Part shown: positions 43,639 to 54,891 of the stretch, one piece after another
Layout: the number at the start of each line of letters is the position of its first letter
Position numbering within the stretch: position 1 is the stretch's first letter
Source: Cyanidioschyzon merolae
Taxonomy: Eukaryota
Strand: one strand, 5' to 3'
NCBI GenBank assembly: GCA_000091205.1
Contig: AP006500.2
Length of the DNA stretch: 64,000 bases
Translations under genes and position numbers: made by a program
Notes under the pieces: model-generated
What the model saw: only the letters and a program-made list of their open reading frames with translations
Databases searched by the model: none
Told to the model about the DNA's origin: nothing

Positions 43639-45324
43639 TCAGGGTCTGCGGCAACCAGCGTCGCCGGCATCCACCATTTTATAGGGATTAAGGATACCCT
43701 TCGGATCCAGGAGCGCTTTGAAACGCCGCATGAGCTGTAGAACCTCTGGACGCTTACCCCGTTCAAGGAGGCGAGTTTTAAGCACCCCGATCCCATGCTC
43801 TGCACTCCCCGATCCGCCATGCTGCTGGACCACGTCGTATAGCCACGGCTCCAGCGTACTGCGCAGCATGTCCCGCGGGTGCTCGCTGGAAACGTTCAGA
43901 TGTAAATTGCCGTCGGCGACATGTCCCCAGCTAAAAGTCCTCGCATCGAGCTTGTGTTGACGCAATCGTTCGCGGACTGCCTCGACGGTTCCGTAGAACG
44001 ATGGAAGCGGCAAAGAGAGATCATACTTGAGGATACTAGGGCCGGATCGACGAACCAGTTCGGGTAGGGACTCGCGCAAGCCCCATAGGTGTGCACTCTG
44101 CGACAGGTCCTGGGCCATAATCACATCCACTCGCGGGTCGGCACGAGTCATGGCGTCGAGGTAGGTCTCGAGCGGCGACAACGCCCGATGCTCCGTATCA
44201 GCAGCGGTACCGCACTCGATCAGAACATAGAAAGCATGGCTCCCTTGCAGCGGGACCCCAAATCCATCCCCATGCGCCCGCAGGAGCGTCATCGCATCGT
44301 TGTCCATGAACTCAAAAGCGCACAAATGGGCATTCAATGAACGACGCGCTTCTCGGAGCCACCACCGCACCTGCTCGAAGGGTCCCGGGAGTCCTGCTAG
44401 GGCCACTTGTGTGCCTGTAGGTGCCGGCGAGCACGACAGCGTGGCCTTGGTAATGATGCCAAGCGTACCCTCCGCTCCGATAAAGAGATGCTTGAGATCG
44501 TAGCCGGTGTTGTCTTTGCGAACTTTCCTACCAACGCCGAGGTCCAGGATCGTGCCATCAGCGAGCACAGCCTCGAGGCCCAGCACAGTGCCGTGCAGGG
44601 AGCCGTAGCGAACGTATCGAGACCCACCCGCGTTGGTCGAGAGGTTGCCACCGATTTGGCAGCTGTCCTTGGCCCCGAGATCCAACGGAAAGCAGAATCC
44701 TCGTTCGCGGCAGTGCTGCTCGGCACGGCCCAGCGTGACGCCAGCTTCGACGGTAATCGTGCTGTGCTCTTCATCAAACTCAAGAATTCGGTTCATTCTC
44801 GAGAGTGAGAGGATAATCTCGTCAAATACAGGGACAGAGCCTCCCACGAGCCCAGTATTGCCGCCCTGCGGTGTTACAGCCAGGTTCCGTTCGTGGCAGT
44901 ACGCGAGGATGCTCGCAACGCCTGCAACCGTGGACGGCCGGAGACAAAGACTTGCGTTTCCATGAAACTCGCCCGTCCAGTCCGTGTTGTAGCTCCGCAA
45001 CTGGTCTGGACTCGTAATGGACACAGTAGCGGCTGTAGCAGGTGTCGTTGGTGGAGGTTGCGGCTCAGCAGAGCGCGCCAGCTCTACCAGTGTCGCGATA
45101 TCCTTCTCAGTGAGTTTCGCGTAGTTGCCCTGCAGTTCCCTGATAAATTTTGTTCCTGTGTTATGGGGCCTTCTGAACAGCCCAAACTGTCCAAAAGTGA
45201 GCGTCGTCCTCAGCACGTCCACCGGACTGGTGCTTCTGTTGCCGCCACCAAAAGTTCGAACCGGTCCTAAAGTAGGCTTGTCCAGCACGCTCCGGACACG
45301 GTGGAGCAGAAACTGCGTTAGCAT
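43639..45324 (-). CDS. D2HGDH: D-2-hydroxyglutarate dehydrogenase (FAD-linked oxidase, D-lactate dehydrogenase family), 561 aa
   Basis: ATG confirmed (cat 45322-45324). The sequence VTPQGGNTGLVGGSVPVFDEIILSLSRMNRIL...PLDLGAKDSCQIGGNLSTNAGGSRYVRYGSLHGTVLGLEAVLADGTILDL...RKDNTGYDLKHLFIGAEGTLGIIT...LDPKGILNPYK is near-identical block for block to human D2HGDH. Confidence 0.85.
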   Translation of the reverse strand: MLTQFLLHRVRSVLDKPTLGPVRTFGGGNRSTSPVDVLRTTLTFGQFGLFRRPHNTGTKFIRELQGNYAKLTEKDIATLVELARSAEPQPPPTTPATAATVSITSPDQLRSYNTDWTGEFHGNASLCLRPSTVAGVASILAYCHERNLAVTPQGGNTGLVGGSVPVFDEIILSLSRMNRILEFDEEHSTITVEAGVTLGRAEQHCRERGFCFPLDLGAKDSCQIGGNLSTNAGGSRYVRYGSLHGTVLGLEAVLADGTILDLGVGRKVRKDNTGYDLKHLFIGAEGTLGIITKATLSCSPAPTGTQVALAGLPGPFEQVRWWLREARRSLNAHLCAFEFMDNDAMTLLRAHGDGFGVPLQGSHAFYVLIECGTAADTEHRALSPLETYLDAMTRADPRVDVIMAQDLSQSAHLWGLRESLPELVRRSGPSILKYDLSLPLPSFYGTVEAVRERLRQHKLDARTFSWGHVADGNLHLNVSSEHPRDMLRSTLEPWLYDVVQQHGGSGSAEHGIGVLKTRLLERGKRPEVLQLMRRFKALLDPKGILNPYKMVDAGDAGCRRP

Positions 45325-46269
45325 GACTGGAGTAGTGGAGCGGCGGGAGTGAGGCCTCTCCAGAGGTCACCGCTTACCGCAGCCAACCGCGAGGTGCCAG
45401 CATGAACGTCGGCTGCTCAAAAGCTCCGATGTGGCGTTTCCGAACGCGAACGTGCTCCTGTTGGCGTTTTGGTCACCGCTGCACTACGCGCCAGACTAAG
45501 TACACAGCAGTTGCAGACAAGTTGTGCTTGGGAGTCTCCCCGGGTGCGAAGCCTATCGAGCAGATATCCTCGAGGAAAGCCGCCGTCTCTGGAGCCAAAC
45601 TCGGGTGTTTTCGCGCTCTGCGTTCGTGCGGTACGTTCGCAGGCTTGACCAAGGCCTGAAGCTCAGCACATGTGGCGGGTTTGGGGTCTTGCGAGCACAG
45701 AGCCCAGCCGAGTTACGCGCCTCCCGCCGTGGGATGCATTCCATGCCGTCGAGTTCCCGACAAGGGCACGATCTTCACCAAGTCTCATATCAGTCTGCTA
45801 TGCAATGATGCATTTGCAGTCGATCTTTTGAAAAAGAGCCGCACTCGTGACGCAGGATCATCTTCTAAACCGGAAATCCGATCGAATAAGAATACCAGAA
45901 AGGAAGCAGCGCTGAATCAGACAACAGCGAAAACTCTTGTCTATGCTGCTGTTACGCGTCCCTGGCGTCCGTACGAGTTGCAATCAAGGAATATTGGCCG
46001 AGGGTGCTGGCACCCAGAAGCGTTCGTCTAGGCAGTAGCTTCCATAGCGCGGTAACTTGCGGCATTCATGCTTCCACAGGGCCTAAGTTCGCGTCCGCGA
46101 TCCCACACAATGGACAAGTGAACTCCGCCGGGTGTGTCCTGCACCTCCGCCATCGACTGGGTTCGCTCAACGCATCCCCGGGGATTCGAGTTTGTGTATT
46201 GCTTCGGGTTTTCTTCATTGTAGATATCTAGGCTCAACGTCCCTTGCCTCATTTTCCGGGATGCTCGAC

Positions 46270-46915
46270 AGTGGTGGGTATCCGAGGCATCCACCAGTGC
46301 CCCGCTCCAAATATGACGAGGCCCGTCTCGTTTCGGACAGGCCTTCTTAATGGCTTCCAACTGAATTGTGTTATACCCCCAGGTGCGCGTCATCAAGTGC
46401 TTTTTTTCGCGGTTTACAGCAGAAGCGTTCCAAGTGTGTTTATTTTCAAAAAAAAAATCGAGGGCATGTTATGGACATGCAAGTCAGGGATCCTGGTGGG
46501 CCTCTATCGCTGGGTGCCGGAGAAAAACAAGAAAATCCTCATGTGATCGAGCGTCGAGCGAAGAAGAGCAGCTGGCGGAGAATCAGAAAAAGAATACTAG
46601 GGGCGATAAGCGAGATACGGTTTTCACCCGGCTGTACGATGACGAGACTCTTGCCGTACAGCGGGCACGAGTTGCAGTGATCTTTGTACTGGTTCCATCA
46701 ACCAGTTGCAATAGAATCGCGGAGTTCGTGAACCGAGATTCCATCGCCGTCATGGTTGTCAGCCGATTTACGTTGCTGAAGAGGAGACCCGCGGCGCTCA
46801 CGCGAGCCAACTTGTGGGTCAGCCTCCCCGGCTCGGAGTGTACAAGGAGAAACAGAGCCCGATAGCAGTCAGCCGGTCAAAAACGGCTGGGAGGCGTCTC
46901 CTTCCGGGTATTAAG
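46270..46915 (+). mobile_element. Copy C: ~650-bp internally deleted (MITE-like) derivative of the Fanzor/TnpB-like element
   Basis: Its left ~330 bp aligns to the left end, 5'UTR and first codons of copies A and B. Its right ~200 bp aligns to the RuvC-III region (EFVNRDSIAVMVV, degenerate) and to the 3' hairpin AGCCGGTCAAAAACGGCTGGGAGGCGTCT. The central ~2 kb is missing. Confidence 0.5.
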
Positions 46916-48862
46916 TTTCGCTCCATGGTCTTGAAACGTCTATGGCTTTGCGGACTATCTAACTCGCCGGAAAATCGGGCTGTGCTGCAGTAGTATTTCA
47001 GCGCTTCCCTGTGGTTTCCTCTGTTGCTTCGTTTTCGTTCTCTTTGATGCAGAGTCAAGGAGACCGAACGAGTGCCCTTGAATTCAGGATCAAAGGAAAA
47101 ACGTGGTATCGCGTTGACAAGGTTTCAACTGATGACTCGAACAACCCGACGAATGTTTGCTGTGTCGAACATCGCGAAACGATTGGGTATCGTGCCAACG
47201 TGTCTTCCTGGTGCATCCATGTCGTATTTAAATACAACATTGAACTGCTCGCACTGGCCCTGCTTTTCGATCTTATTCCAGAACTTGTCTAGATATACAG
47301 CGTCGACATTCGGTGTGGGACCATAGCGCCGTCCGGATTCATATATGGATTTAGAGTTCTCGGTTGTGATTTGGGATAGGCTTCATTGTCGCCTTGGCAC
47401 TGGAATGCTTAACTTCACCGGATTCAGGATGATTCGCAACATCCCTGACCAAGGATGCGTAAAATAATCGATACCATTATCCACTGCATATGTACAAGAG
47501 TACACGCTTCTCATTTCCTAAGGTGTAGCACGCTCAACTCTAGCATTTTTCAAATTCCGATTTTCTGTTTCAGCGACACTCGAGAGCGCAGCAATGCGTT
47601 CCGCTTCATTGGCGATGCGGGAGACTCGACGTCGCCGCTTGGGGACCTGTTCACAAGCTCATGCCTAACGTTCACTGAGCATGTAACCTCAAACAATTAC
47701 TTCTGATCGAAGAGGCAAATCGTTCTGTCGTTGAGGCCACTGACGAAACCGTATTCGACGGCATCGTCATGTCTCCCGCGGAATATGTCCCCAGAAGCTC
47801 CTCTTGCCTTCTGTTTCTTTCTGTAGGGAAGTATCATGGACTCGGGCTTGAGTCATCAGAGCAATGGCTTCCGGTGAGGCGTGCGTCATCGCCTTGCGCA
47901 AAGGCAGCATGGACGGATCGGAAATTCTCGACTCGGTCTCCAGCAAGAATTCGCCTTCCGGTACTTGTTTGATCGTAGACAGCATCGCGTTGAACAAATC
48001 GTGTATCGAATGCGACAACGTGTGTTTGCTCGTGCCGCGTCCAGGAAACGCTCCGAGCGGATCACCCAGACAAAGTCCAGTATCGTATTCTACGGCACCG
48101 GGCCCCGAAACGGAGGTTTGGATCCAAGAGAGCCCTCTCCATCTATGAAAAGCACGTACCGAGCGCGATGAATCAAGCGTTCATGCGCGGCAGAGTAGTT
48201 CCCAGAAAAAAAAAGCATATAGAAGGTGGACGTACGCGAACATCTACCCACAGTCAAGTGTCATCGATACGAATCGCGCGCCGAGGCGGTGTACAAAGGA
48301 AACAAAAAGCCCACGCGATGTATCGATCGTAACTTTTCCCGCTGCATGGAATGCGTCGATTAAAGCCGGAAGCAGCAAAGTCGGAATTCAAACGCTGCGA
48401 TCAACATCCTTAGACTGCTTACAGACGATCTCGAGGGAAAGGAGAAACCGTCGAACGTAAACCTAGAAATAAAACATAGGAAATACAGCTTTCGCAGAGC
48501 AATCCTTCAAAGGCTGGTGTTGATAACAACGGGAAGAAGCTCCAGTTTATTGTGTACATTCGAGTTCATGAAATGAACCCGTTCCATTTTATGCCGACAT
48601 TCCTGGAGCGGCACGACAGGCAACGCAACGACCTGCCGGCTGGCGACGCGTAGACCGTGGCGCCACCCCGTGTCCCGCACCGCACGGCACCGCACAGCAA
48701 CGCGCTCTTCAAGCGTACGCTCTCTGAACGCCGGGTGTGTCGTCAACGACGAACGCCCCTGAGCCGAAACCCTGTGAGTCCTTCACAAGAGTCTGGTGTT
48801 TCTAAATTGCTGTGAGCGCGTGCGGTGGGGTTTTCTTGGCCTGCTTTTGGATCGAAACTCGA

Positions 48863-49555
48863 ATGAGCACAACGGGGTCAGCTGCACCCGCGGAAGGTCC
48901 GGATAACGACACCGGAACAAGCACCCACGGACACGAACAGGAGAGGTAGGTTTGGCTTTTCGAGCTGACGTGCAGCGACCTGAATCAGAACGTGTTGCAT
49001 TGGTCGAGTCTGCGTCGACTCGGGGTGAAGAGAACGCGAACTAACCACGCCGCTGGGACTCGAGGTTTCCAGGTATTTGCCGATCGCCAATATTAGCCGA
49101 TGTATGAAGGGCGCTTTGCCAGAGTCCTCCAAAGTTTCGCGAGAAGCAAAGGAGCTCGTTCAGGAAGCAACCAGTGAGTTCATATCGTTCATAACTTCTG
49201 AGAGTAGCGACAAGTGTATGCGGGAGAGGCGAAAGACGATCTGTGGGGGTAGGTTTTGTGCACGACAGCCGGTGCGTCAGACACGAGCACCACCGGGTGC
49301 GTGCTATCGGACAGGAGACTAACCATTTGCTTTTTTTGCGGCCTTGTCACAGAGGACATTCTCTACGCCATGCGTACGTTAGGTTTCGAAGAATATATTC
49401 CACCGTTAATGGCATACCTTGAGAGATACAGGACCCTCGAGCAGTCCAGGCGAAACGAAAAGCAAGCGCCTGGTACCTCAGAGGGAACCGACGGGGAAGA
49501 TAGCGAGTCGGATGGCGGCGGGATCGATGACTCTGCCAAAGACGATACGTCATGA
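48863..49555 (+). CDS. NFYB: NF-YB/HAP3 histone-fold transcription factor subunit, ~153 aa from three exons (48863-48945, 49073-49247, 49353-49555)
   Basis: The spliced product ...[90 protein letters not shown] matches NF-YB ([78 protein letters not shown]). The track shows the exons as separate ORFs 49077-49322 and 49256-49555, and exon 1 falls below its size cutoff. Confidence 0.75.
48946..49072 (+). other. Spliceosomal intron 1 of NF-YB (127 nt, phase 2)
   Basis: Donor GTAGGT at 48946, branch CTAAC at 49041-49045, acceptor CAG at 49070-49072. Splicing joins ...GAG AG|G TAT TTG CCG. Confidence 0.7.
49248..49352 (+). other. Spliceosomal intron 2 of NF-YB (105 nt, phase 1)
   Basis: Donor GTAGGT at 49248, branch CTAAC at 49319-49323, polypyrimidine tract, acceptor CAG at 49350-49352. 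It restores KTICG|EDILYAM across the histone fold. Confidence 0.75.
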
Positions 49556-50301
49556 CTCGTTGCCGTTGTATTTGCCATTGAGTATGCAGTGAAATCAACG
49601 GTCGCCACCATCGCCACTGCGGCTGACGAAGACGATACCAGCACGAAAGAGTTTTCGCGACCTGCAGAGAGCCATGCGCAGCTGCAGCGCCGCTGGTGGC
49701 GGCGATCGTTCGAAGACAACGACAACGATGATGATGATGGTGATGATGAAGCGCAGGCCTAGGTGGCATACTCAGCAACCAGTACCTGATCGTTTAGGGG
49801 CCATCCTGGATGCGATGAACCGACATCCACCGATTTGGTTTCGCAGATCACCTGGTACCGTCTAAACCACGACAGCACATGAAATGAACCTTGTCTTCGC
49901 CAGTCCCCCGGACGTACCGAACAGCAAGCGATCACACACAGCCAGGTATCGATGATGGCTGTGCGGGTGCCCGCGTGCCCCCTGCATCTTTAGTCGATAA
50001 TCTGGATCGGCGCGGTGCCCAAGTAGACTGAGGCCCCACGTACTTATTCAGATTGGCTCAGTCTGCTCTTTTTACGACATTCCCTCGATACCTTCTACCG
50101 CATCATGACTTCAAGTCCGGTCTTGAATACCAGCAAACCGCCGATGCCTCGAAACGAAACTGGCATAGAGGCCGACTGCGAACGCCGACGGCCGGCCCCA
50201 ATGCCGCGCTGCGCTCGACTACCGGTTTGCATCGAGTGCCTGACTCGAGTACGCTTTCATGCGTCGCTCGGATCGAACGGTTCGGGAGCACGGGGTCTTC
50301 C

Positions 50302-50979
50302 ATGGCTTTCATTGCTGGAACGCTCCCATTTGGTCGTGAAGTGCTGAATGCGGGCACTCAGACCTCCGCGGCTTGCTGGTGTCACTCGAGCGGTGACCGC
50401 TCGCGGTCGAGACGGAGCAGCGCACTAGTCGCTCGGTGCGCCGCCTCGGGGCAGACCTTCACGCGAAGGCGTTTCTGCCGAGACTTTGCCTTCGCTTCCC
50501 TGAGCCTGATTTCCGTTCTAGGAAGTTCACGCTGTCAGGTAGCGAGTGCAGCAACTGCGCCAGAGGCTGCACTCGTACAAGTCTGCAGGGCCTACGACGC
50601 GTTGGACGAGCTTGTGAGGCTCATCGAGCAGTCCCAAGACACTCGCAGCCTGCGCCAAACGATTCGCATCATCGTCAAGCAGAGCAACTTGAAGCAGAGT
50701 ATCAAGTCCGCCGCAAACGGCCGACTGCCAGCGGGACCTATTCGCGATGCCGCATTACGCGAAGGACTCGATGCTCTCGAGTACCTGAGTCAGGTGACCG
50801 CGTACTACAACCCCGTTTCAAAAGTGCCGACCCTCGAAATGCGTTCTTTTGCGATCGAGTCCGTGAAAGCTGCAAAGCAGCGTTTACAGGCGTATCTGGA
50901 TGCGTTCCCACCGGATGAAGTGGAGCGCGCCCGACGGACGGTTTTTGTTCAAGACGTTGCAGCGTACGAATCTATGTGA
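50302..50979 (+). CDS. Hypothetical protein (~226 aa), no family assigned
   Basis: The track ORF starts at TTG 50053; the first ATG is at 50302. A moderately conserved-looking helical C-terminal half (LVRLIEQSQDTRSLRQTIRIIVKQSNLKQSIKSAANGRLPAGPIRDAALREGLDALEYLSQV) but no motif I recognise. Confidence 0.25.
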   Translation: MAFIAGTLPFGREVLNAGTQTSAACWCHSSGDRSRSRRSSALVARCAASGQTFTRRRFCRDFAFASLSLISVLGSSRCQVASAATAPEAALVQVCRAYDALDELVRLIEQSQDTRSLRQTIRIIVKQSNLKQSIKSAANGRLPAGPIRDAALREGLDALEYLSQVTAYYNPVSKVPTLEMRSFAIESVKAAKQRLQAYLDAFPPDEVERARRTVFVQDVAAYESM

Positions 50980-52083
50980 GTGCATACTTGAGACGCTCGG
51001 AGGAAAGGTCGCAAAATTCCGTTGGTGCTTCAACATGAAGCTGAAGCGCTCGCGGCATAGCACATGGATGCATCTGACCTTTATCGAGCTTGCGCACATC
51101 CGGAAGGTCGCCAAAGTTGCACGGCGCTTCGAAATGAACCTGCAGGAGCCGCGGCTCATGAGACGCGAGTACCCATTCGACTCGAGACGTTTAATGTGGA
51201 TCTTGCCGGGCAAGCGCGTCTCCATATAATGCACGCGTCGATGCTCGGCCAGAGGACGCATCGGAAGTCGGACCCAGGGTCGCGCTTTGGAGCGATGGTC
51301 GCGCATTCGGCTGGACCCGTGGATGGAGCGCCCGTGGCGTTCGTATCCCAGTAACATGGATCATTGCATATGATCTATTGTGTGCACAAGTAGTCCACCA
51401 CCAAGATGCTCCCACGATCCGACACACGGTACAATAAGGCAGTCCGTGAGCACGCCGAATGCAGTGCTTCTCAAAAAGCATCGAACGATGTCATGGTGTC
51501 CACCGATAGTGAACACGACAATAACGCCCATGGACGGAACTCAACGACGCACGCTCGACATCTTTGTCGAACGCTGCTTCCGTGCATCCGACAGAGAAAA
51601 GCACACAACGCTAGTCTCGCCCAGTTGCTTCCTTTTGGCATTTCAGTCGATGGCAGCAGCGAAGCAAGCGGCAATACGCTCGCGCACACCCTCACGCGAT
51701 CATATGCTCCAACAGCGCTGGAGGCCTGCCCATGGTGCATAGTGCTCCCCTCGATCCATCTGTGCGTAATTCGAGACTCGCATAAACGCACGCACCAAAT
51801 TTGCCTACTATCGCCGATTCGTGACTGCAACAGCATCCACCATCCGAATCGGGAGCCTGACACGGTCGTCTCTGTTGCACACGTCGGAGGACACGTCGGT
51901 GCGCACGCACGCACGCACGCACCGGCACGCACCGGCACGCAGGCATCGATCTCGAGGCACGCGCACCGCACGCAGCAGGCGCAGGGCAATATAGTCATAG
52001 ACATAACAGCACACTAAGATCTATTATAGTATAATGCAGTACATCGCATCGCTATCCACAGATGCGCAACGGATGGTGCACCG

Positions 52084-54891
52084 ATGCAGCGGCGCGCCGC
52101 CGTCGACGCGCAAGAGTGCCACGACACGCGTTTCTCACCCAACTCGGGTGGTGCTTTCGGTAGAGCACCAAATTTGGCCGCAGCAGCTGCGATCCAAAGC
52201 ACGCCCCGGCACCGCAGGTTGAGCCACGTGCGGATCGCCTTAGTACCTAGAAGTTTTTGTTTTTTGGACGAGGTATGGATGAAGCCTAGCTTACCTCCTG
52301 TTCCGCTTGGAGCATGTGCAATAACGACGATGCGGCCGAGAAACCGAATACGAGCCCAGCTCGACCTTTGGAACGAAAGAGTCGGTGAATCGGGACTTTT
52401 TTTCTCTCTCCTAGTCGCGTACTGGTGTTCACAAGCGTGGTTCTTCGTGTACGGCGTTAAATATGCGCTTAGTCTGGCGCTTCCTTCCGATTGGTCTCGG
52501 TATATGCTGATCTTTGGCAGAGGTTTTGGATACGTGGCAACGTTCAACGCGTTGCTTCTTCCTATAACCGTGAACCGAACCCTGACCAATATCTTGTACA
52601 GGCTGCCTCTGTACGATATTTTTAGCGTAGCCCGATGGTTGCCGGACCTGCACGCAATCATCGCGCGCTGGTTCACAATCGCAGGCTGGATCCACGGCAT
52701 CCTGCTGAGTGTCGCTTACGGCGTTGGGACGCTTCCGTTCCGCGGCGGCTTCTTGCCCTTTTCGAATACGATCCCCACGACGATGGTTTTTGTAACCGGA
52801 TGTGCCCTGATGGCGTTTCTGCTAGCGATCGTGCTGCTCTCTCTGGGGAGCGTTCGTCGGCGAGTCTATCGCGTATTCTGGGCGAGTCATGTGCCGCTAG
52901 CGATTCTTACCTATGCGGCACTCGTTTTCCATGGTCTACGGGGCGGCCGCCTCTGGTCCGTCTATTTTTTTGGGTTGCCGGTCGTACTCTACATACTGGA
53001 TAGGCTGTATCACAGCTTTGCTGCTGCCTTCACGCCACATCGAGTTCTGTCTGTGGAGCTGTCGCATAAGAATTCGAATGTGGTTCGTCTTGTCCTGGAA
53101 CGCAGGGGTCGCAAGTTCGTTGCCGGCCAATACTTCAAACTGGCCTGGAAATTTCACGTTTGCTCGCACCTGGCTGTCGCCGGAGAATGGCATCCTTTCA
53201 CAGTGGCCAGTTCACCTTTGCTAGACAAAGATCGCATCATTTTTTTCATTGCCGCAACCGGGAAGTGGACGAATGCATTGCGAGCATTGGCTCTACAGCA
53301 ACACCAGCAACAGCATGACGAGAATCTCGAACACGCATCATCCACGAGTCCGACACCGAAATCCCTCGCTACTGAGGCAATGCCTCACGCTGTGGACAAG
53401 TCGAGCATAACGACGTGTTTGCCTATCAACCGCCGGTGGATTCTGCTTTCGGGGCCGTACGGCGCTCCTGCGCAGAGTCATCAGAACTTTGCGCACCAGC
53501 TGCTGATCGGCACTGGCGTTGGTGCCTCGCCAATGTTCTCCATCGTGCAGGAGCTCTGCGGTCGAGCGACGCCCTGCGACAACAACAACAACAAAGACGC
53601 AAGCCTAGAATGCAGCGATGTGTCCACCGGAGGTGACCTTGAGAACGGCACCCTTGCGTCGGTATCCGATACGACATCTCCGACGAGGGAAAGCACCGAC
53701 CTGCCCAACTTCGAAAAGCTGAAAGCGTCCACAACAGCGAACGATTCGAGCTCCGAAGTGGTTCCGAGCGTGCAGGCTCTGCCGCCGGTGCTAGCGGCAC
53801 GTCTGGGCACCCTGCGCGGTGACACTTTCCTGGATCGCTTCTCCGCTGCGGTGCTCAGTAATCTGTGGCTCTTCTCTATCCTGTGGATTTGTCTGGCCGA
53901 CCTGACCGTGTCCATCTGCGCGTCGGCGTTCAGTCACATTGTCGCATTCATTGGTAGCCTTGCTCTGTTCGTGGTCATCTTGACGATGATTTGTCTGACC
54001 GTGATTGCGGATATGAGGCTCAGCGTGAATCCGCCCCGCTGGCACTACGTTCTGCTGCTACGAGGCATCCTGCTGCTGTTGTGGTTTGCGGTGGCTCTCA
54101 CAAACGCAGTCCTCTGTAGCCTGCTTATCGTGGAGTACTTTCTGGCTTCCAACGATCGCATGGCGAGCATCAGCAAGTCAAGCGAATGGCTCTTCGTGAT
54201 GGTTGTGACCCCAGTGCACATTACGATTTTCGTGCTTCTGCTTTTCTTCTTCTTTCTACCGCGTTCATGGACCTGGCGCACGACGGTAACAGCGAAAGTT
54301 TTCCGTCGTTGCTTGCAAGGCTCCTGGGACCACCAGCAGCGTTCCAATAAAGTTGTGAGCGACGCTCGCAACGCGGAATGGAACGCTTTCTCTCACATTC
54401 GCACCGTAACGTTCGTCTGGGTAGTGCGCTACGTCGAAGACCTCTGGTTTCTCGAAAAGCTCTATGAACTCGCTTCTCAGCAGGATGCCAGTGATCCGTG
54501 TCGACCACGGTTACGAATTCATGTTCATATTACCCGACTTGGACACGACGACGCCGATCCGGTAAGCAGCAGACTCCCGGCGAATTGCGGCGAGATTCTC
54601 CAGTTCCATTGTGGTCGACCCGACTTTGGCGAATACGTCGCGGAATTGGTGAACGAGGACCACGACACCACGACACCGCTAGCCGGACGCGGGAAACCGG
54701 GCGCACCTGCAAGCATCAGACGCTTCCAACGCACGCGAGCCTTCTCGAACAAAGTGCATCATGGCATCTTCTTTTGCGGCGGCAGGTCTGTTGTCCGCAG
54801 CGTGCACCAGAGCATTCGTGCGGTAGCAGCGGCACGGGCGGCTCGAGGTTTGCCTCAACGCAATGTGTTCTTCATGAAGGAGAACTTTTAA
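52084..54891 (+). CDS. NADPH oxidase / ferric-reductase-family flavocytochrome (NOX-like), ~935 aa; the true start may be an internal Met (52276 or later)
   Basis: A ferric-reductase TM domain with paired His (HGILLSVAYG...; HGLRGG), an FAD-binding HPFTVASSP motif, and NADPH-binding LLIGTGVGASPMFSIVQEL and C-terminal GIFFCGGRSVV. A long low-complexity insert sits between the FAD and NADPH modules, and there are extra C-terminal TM helices. Confidence 0.7.
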   Translation: MQRRAAVDAQECHDTRFSPNSGGAFGRAPNLAAAAAIQSTPRHRRLSHVRIALVPRSFCFLDEVWMKPSLPPVPLGACAITTMRPRNRIRAQLDLWNERVGESGLFFSLLVAYWCSQAWFFVYGVKYALSLALPSDWSRYMLIFGRGFGYVATFNALLLPITVNRTLTNILYRLPLYDIFSVARWLPDLHAIIARWFTIAGWIHGILLSVAYGVGTLPFRGGFLPFSNTIPTTMVFVTGCALMAFLLAIVLLSLGSVRRRVYRVFWASHVPLAILTYAALVFHGLRGGRLWSVYFFGLPVVLYILDRLYHSFAAAFTPHRVLSVELSHKNSNVVRLVLERRGRKFVAGQYFKLAWKFHVCSHLAVAGEWHPFTVASSPLLDKDRIIFFIAATGKWTNALRALALQQHQQQHDENLEHASSTSPTPKSLATEAMPHAVDKSSITTCLPINRRWILLSGPYGAPAQSHQNFAHQLLIGTGVGASPMFSIVQELCGRATPCDNNNNKDASLECSDVSTGGDLENGTLASVSDTTSPTRESTDLPNFEKLKASTTANDSSSEVVPSVQALPPVLAARLGTLRGDTFLDRFSAAVLSNLWLFSILWICLADLTVSICASAFSHIVAFIGSLALFVVILTMICLTVIADMRLSVNPPRWHYVLLLRGILLLLWFAVALTNAVLCSLLIVEYFLASNDRMASISKSSEWLFVMVVTPVHITIFVLLLFFFFLPRSWTWRTTVTAKVFRRCLQGSWDHQQRSNKVVSDARNAEWNAFSHIRTVTFVWVVRYVEDLWFLEKLYELASQQDASDPCRPRLRIHVHITRLGHDDADPVSSRLPANCGEILQFHCGRPDFGEYVAELVNEDHDTTTPLAGRGKPGAPASIRRFQRTRAFSNKVHHGIFFCGGRSVVRSVHQSIRAVAAARAARGLPQRNVFFMKENF

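Noticed and set aside
46028-46396. 122-aa minus-strand ORF next to D2HGDH
   Set aside because: Its N-terminal ~40 codons, including the start, are encoded by the left arm of mobile-element copy C, so the ORF is chimeric. No confident family match; a weak Mss4/GFA-like impression only.
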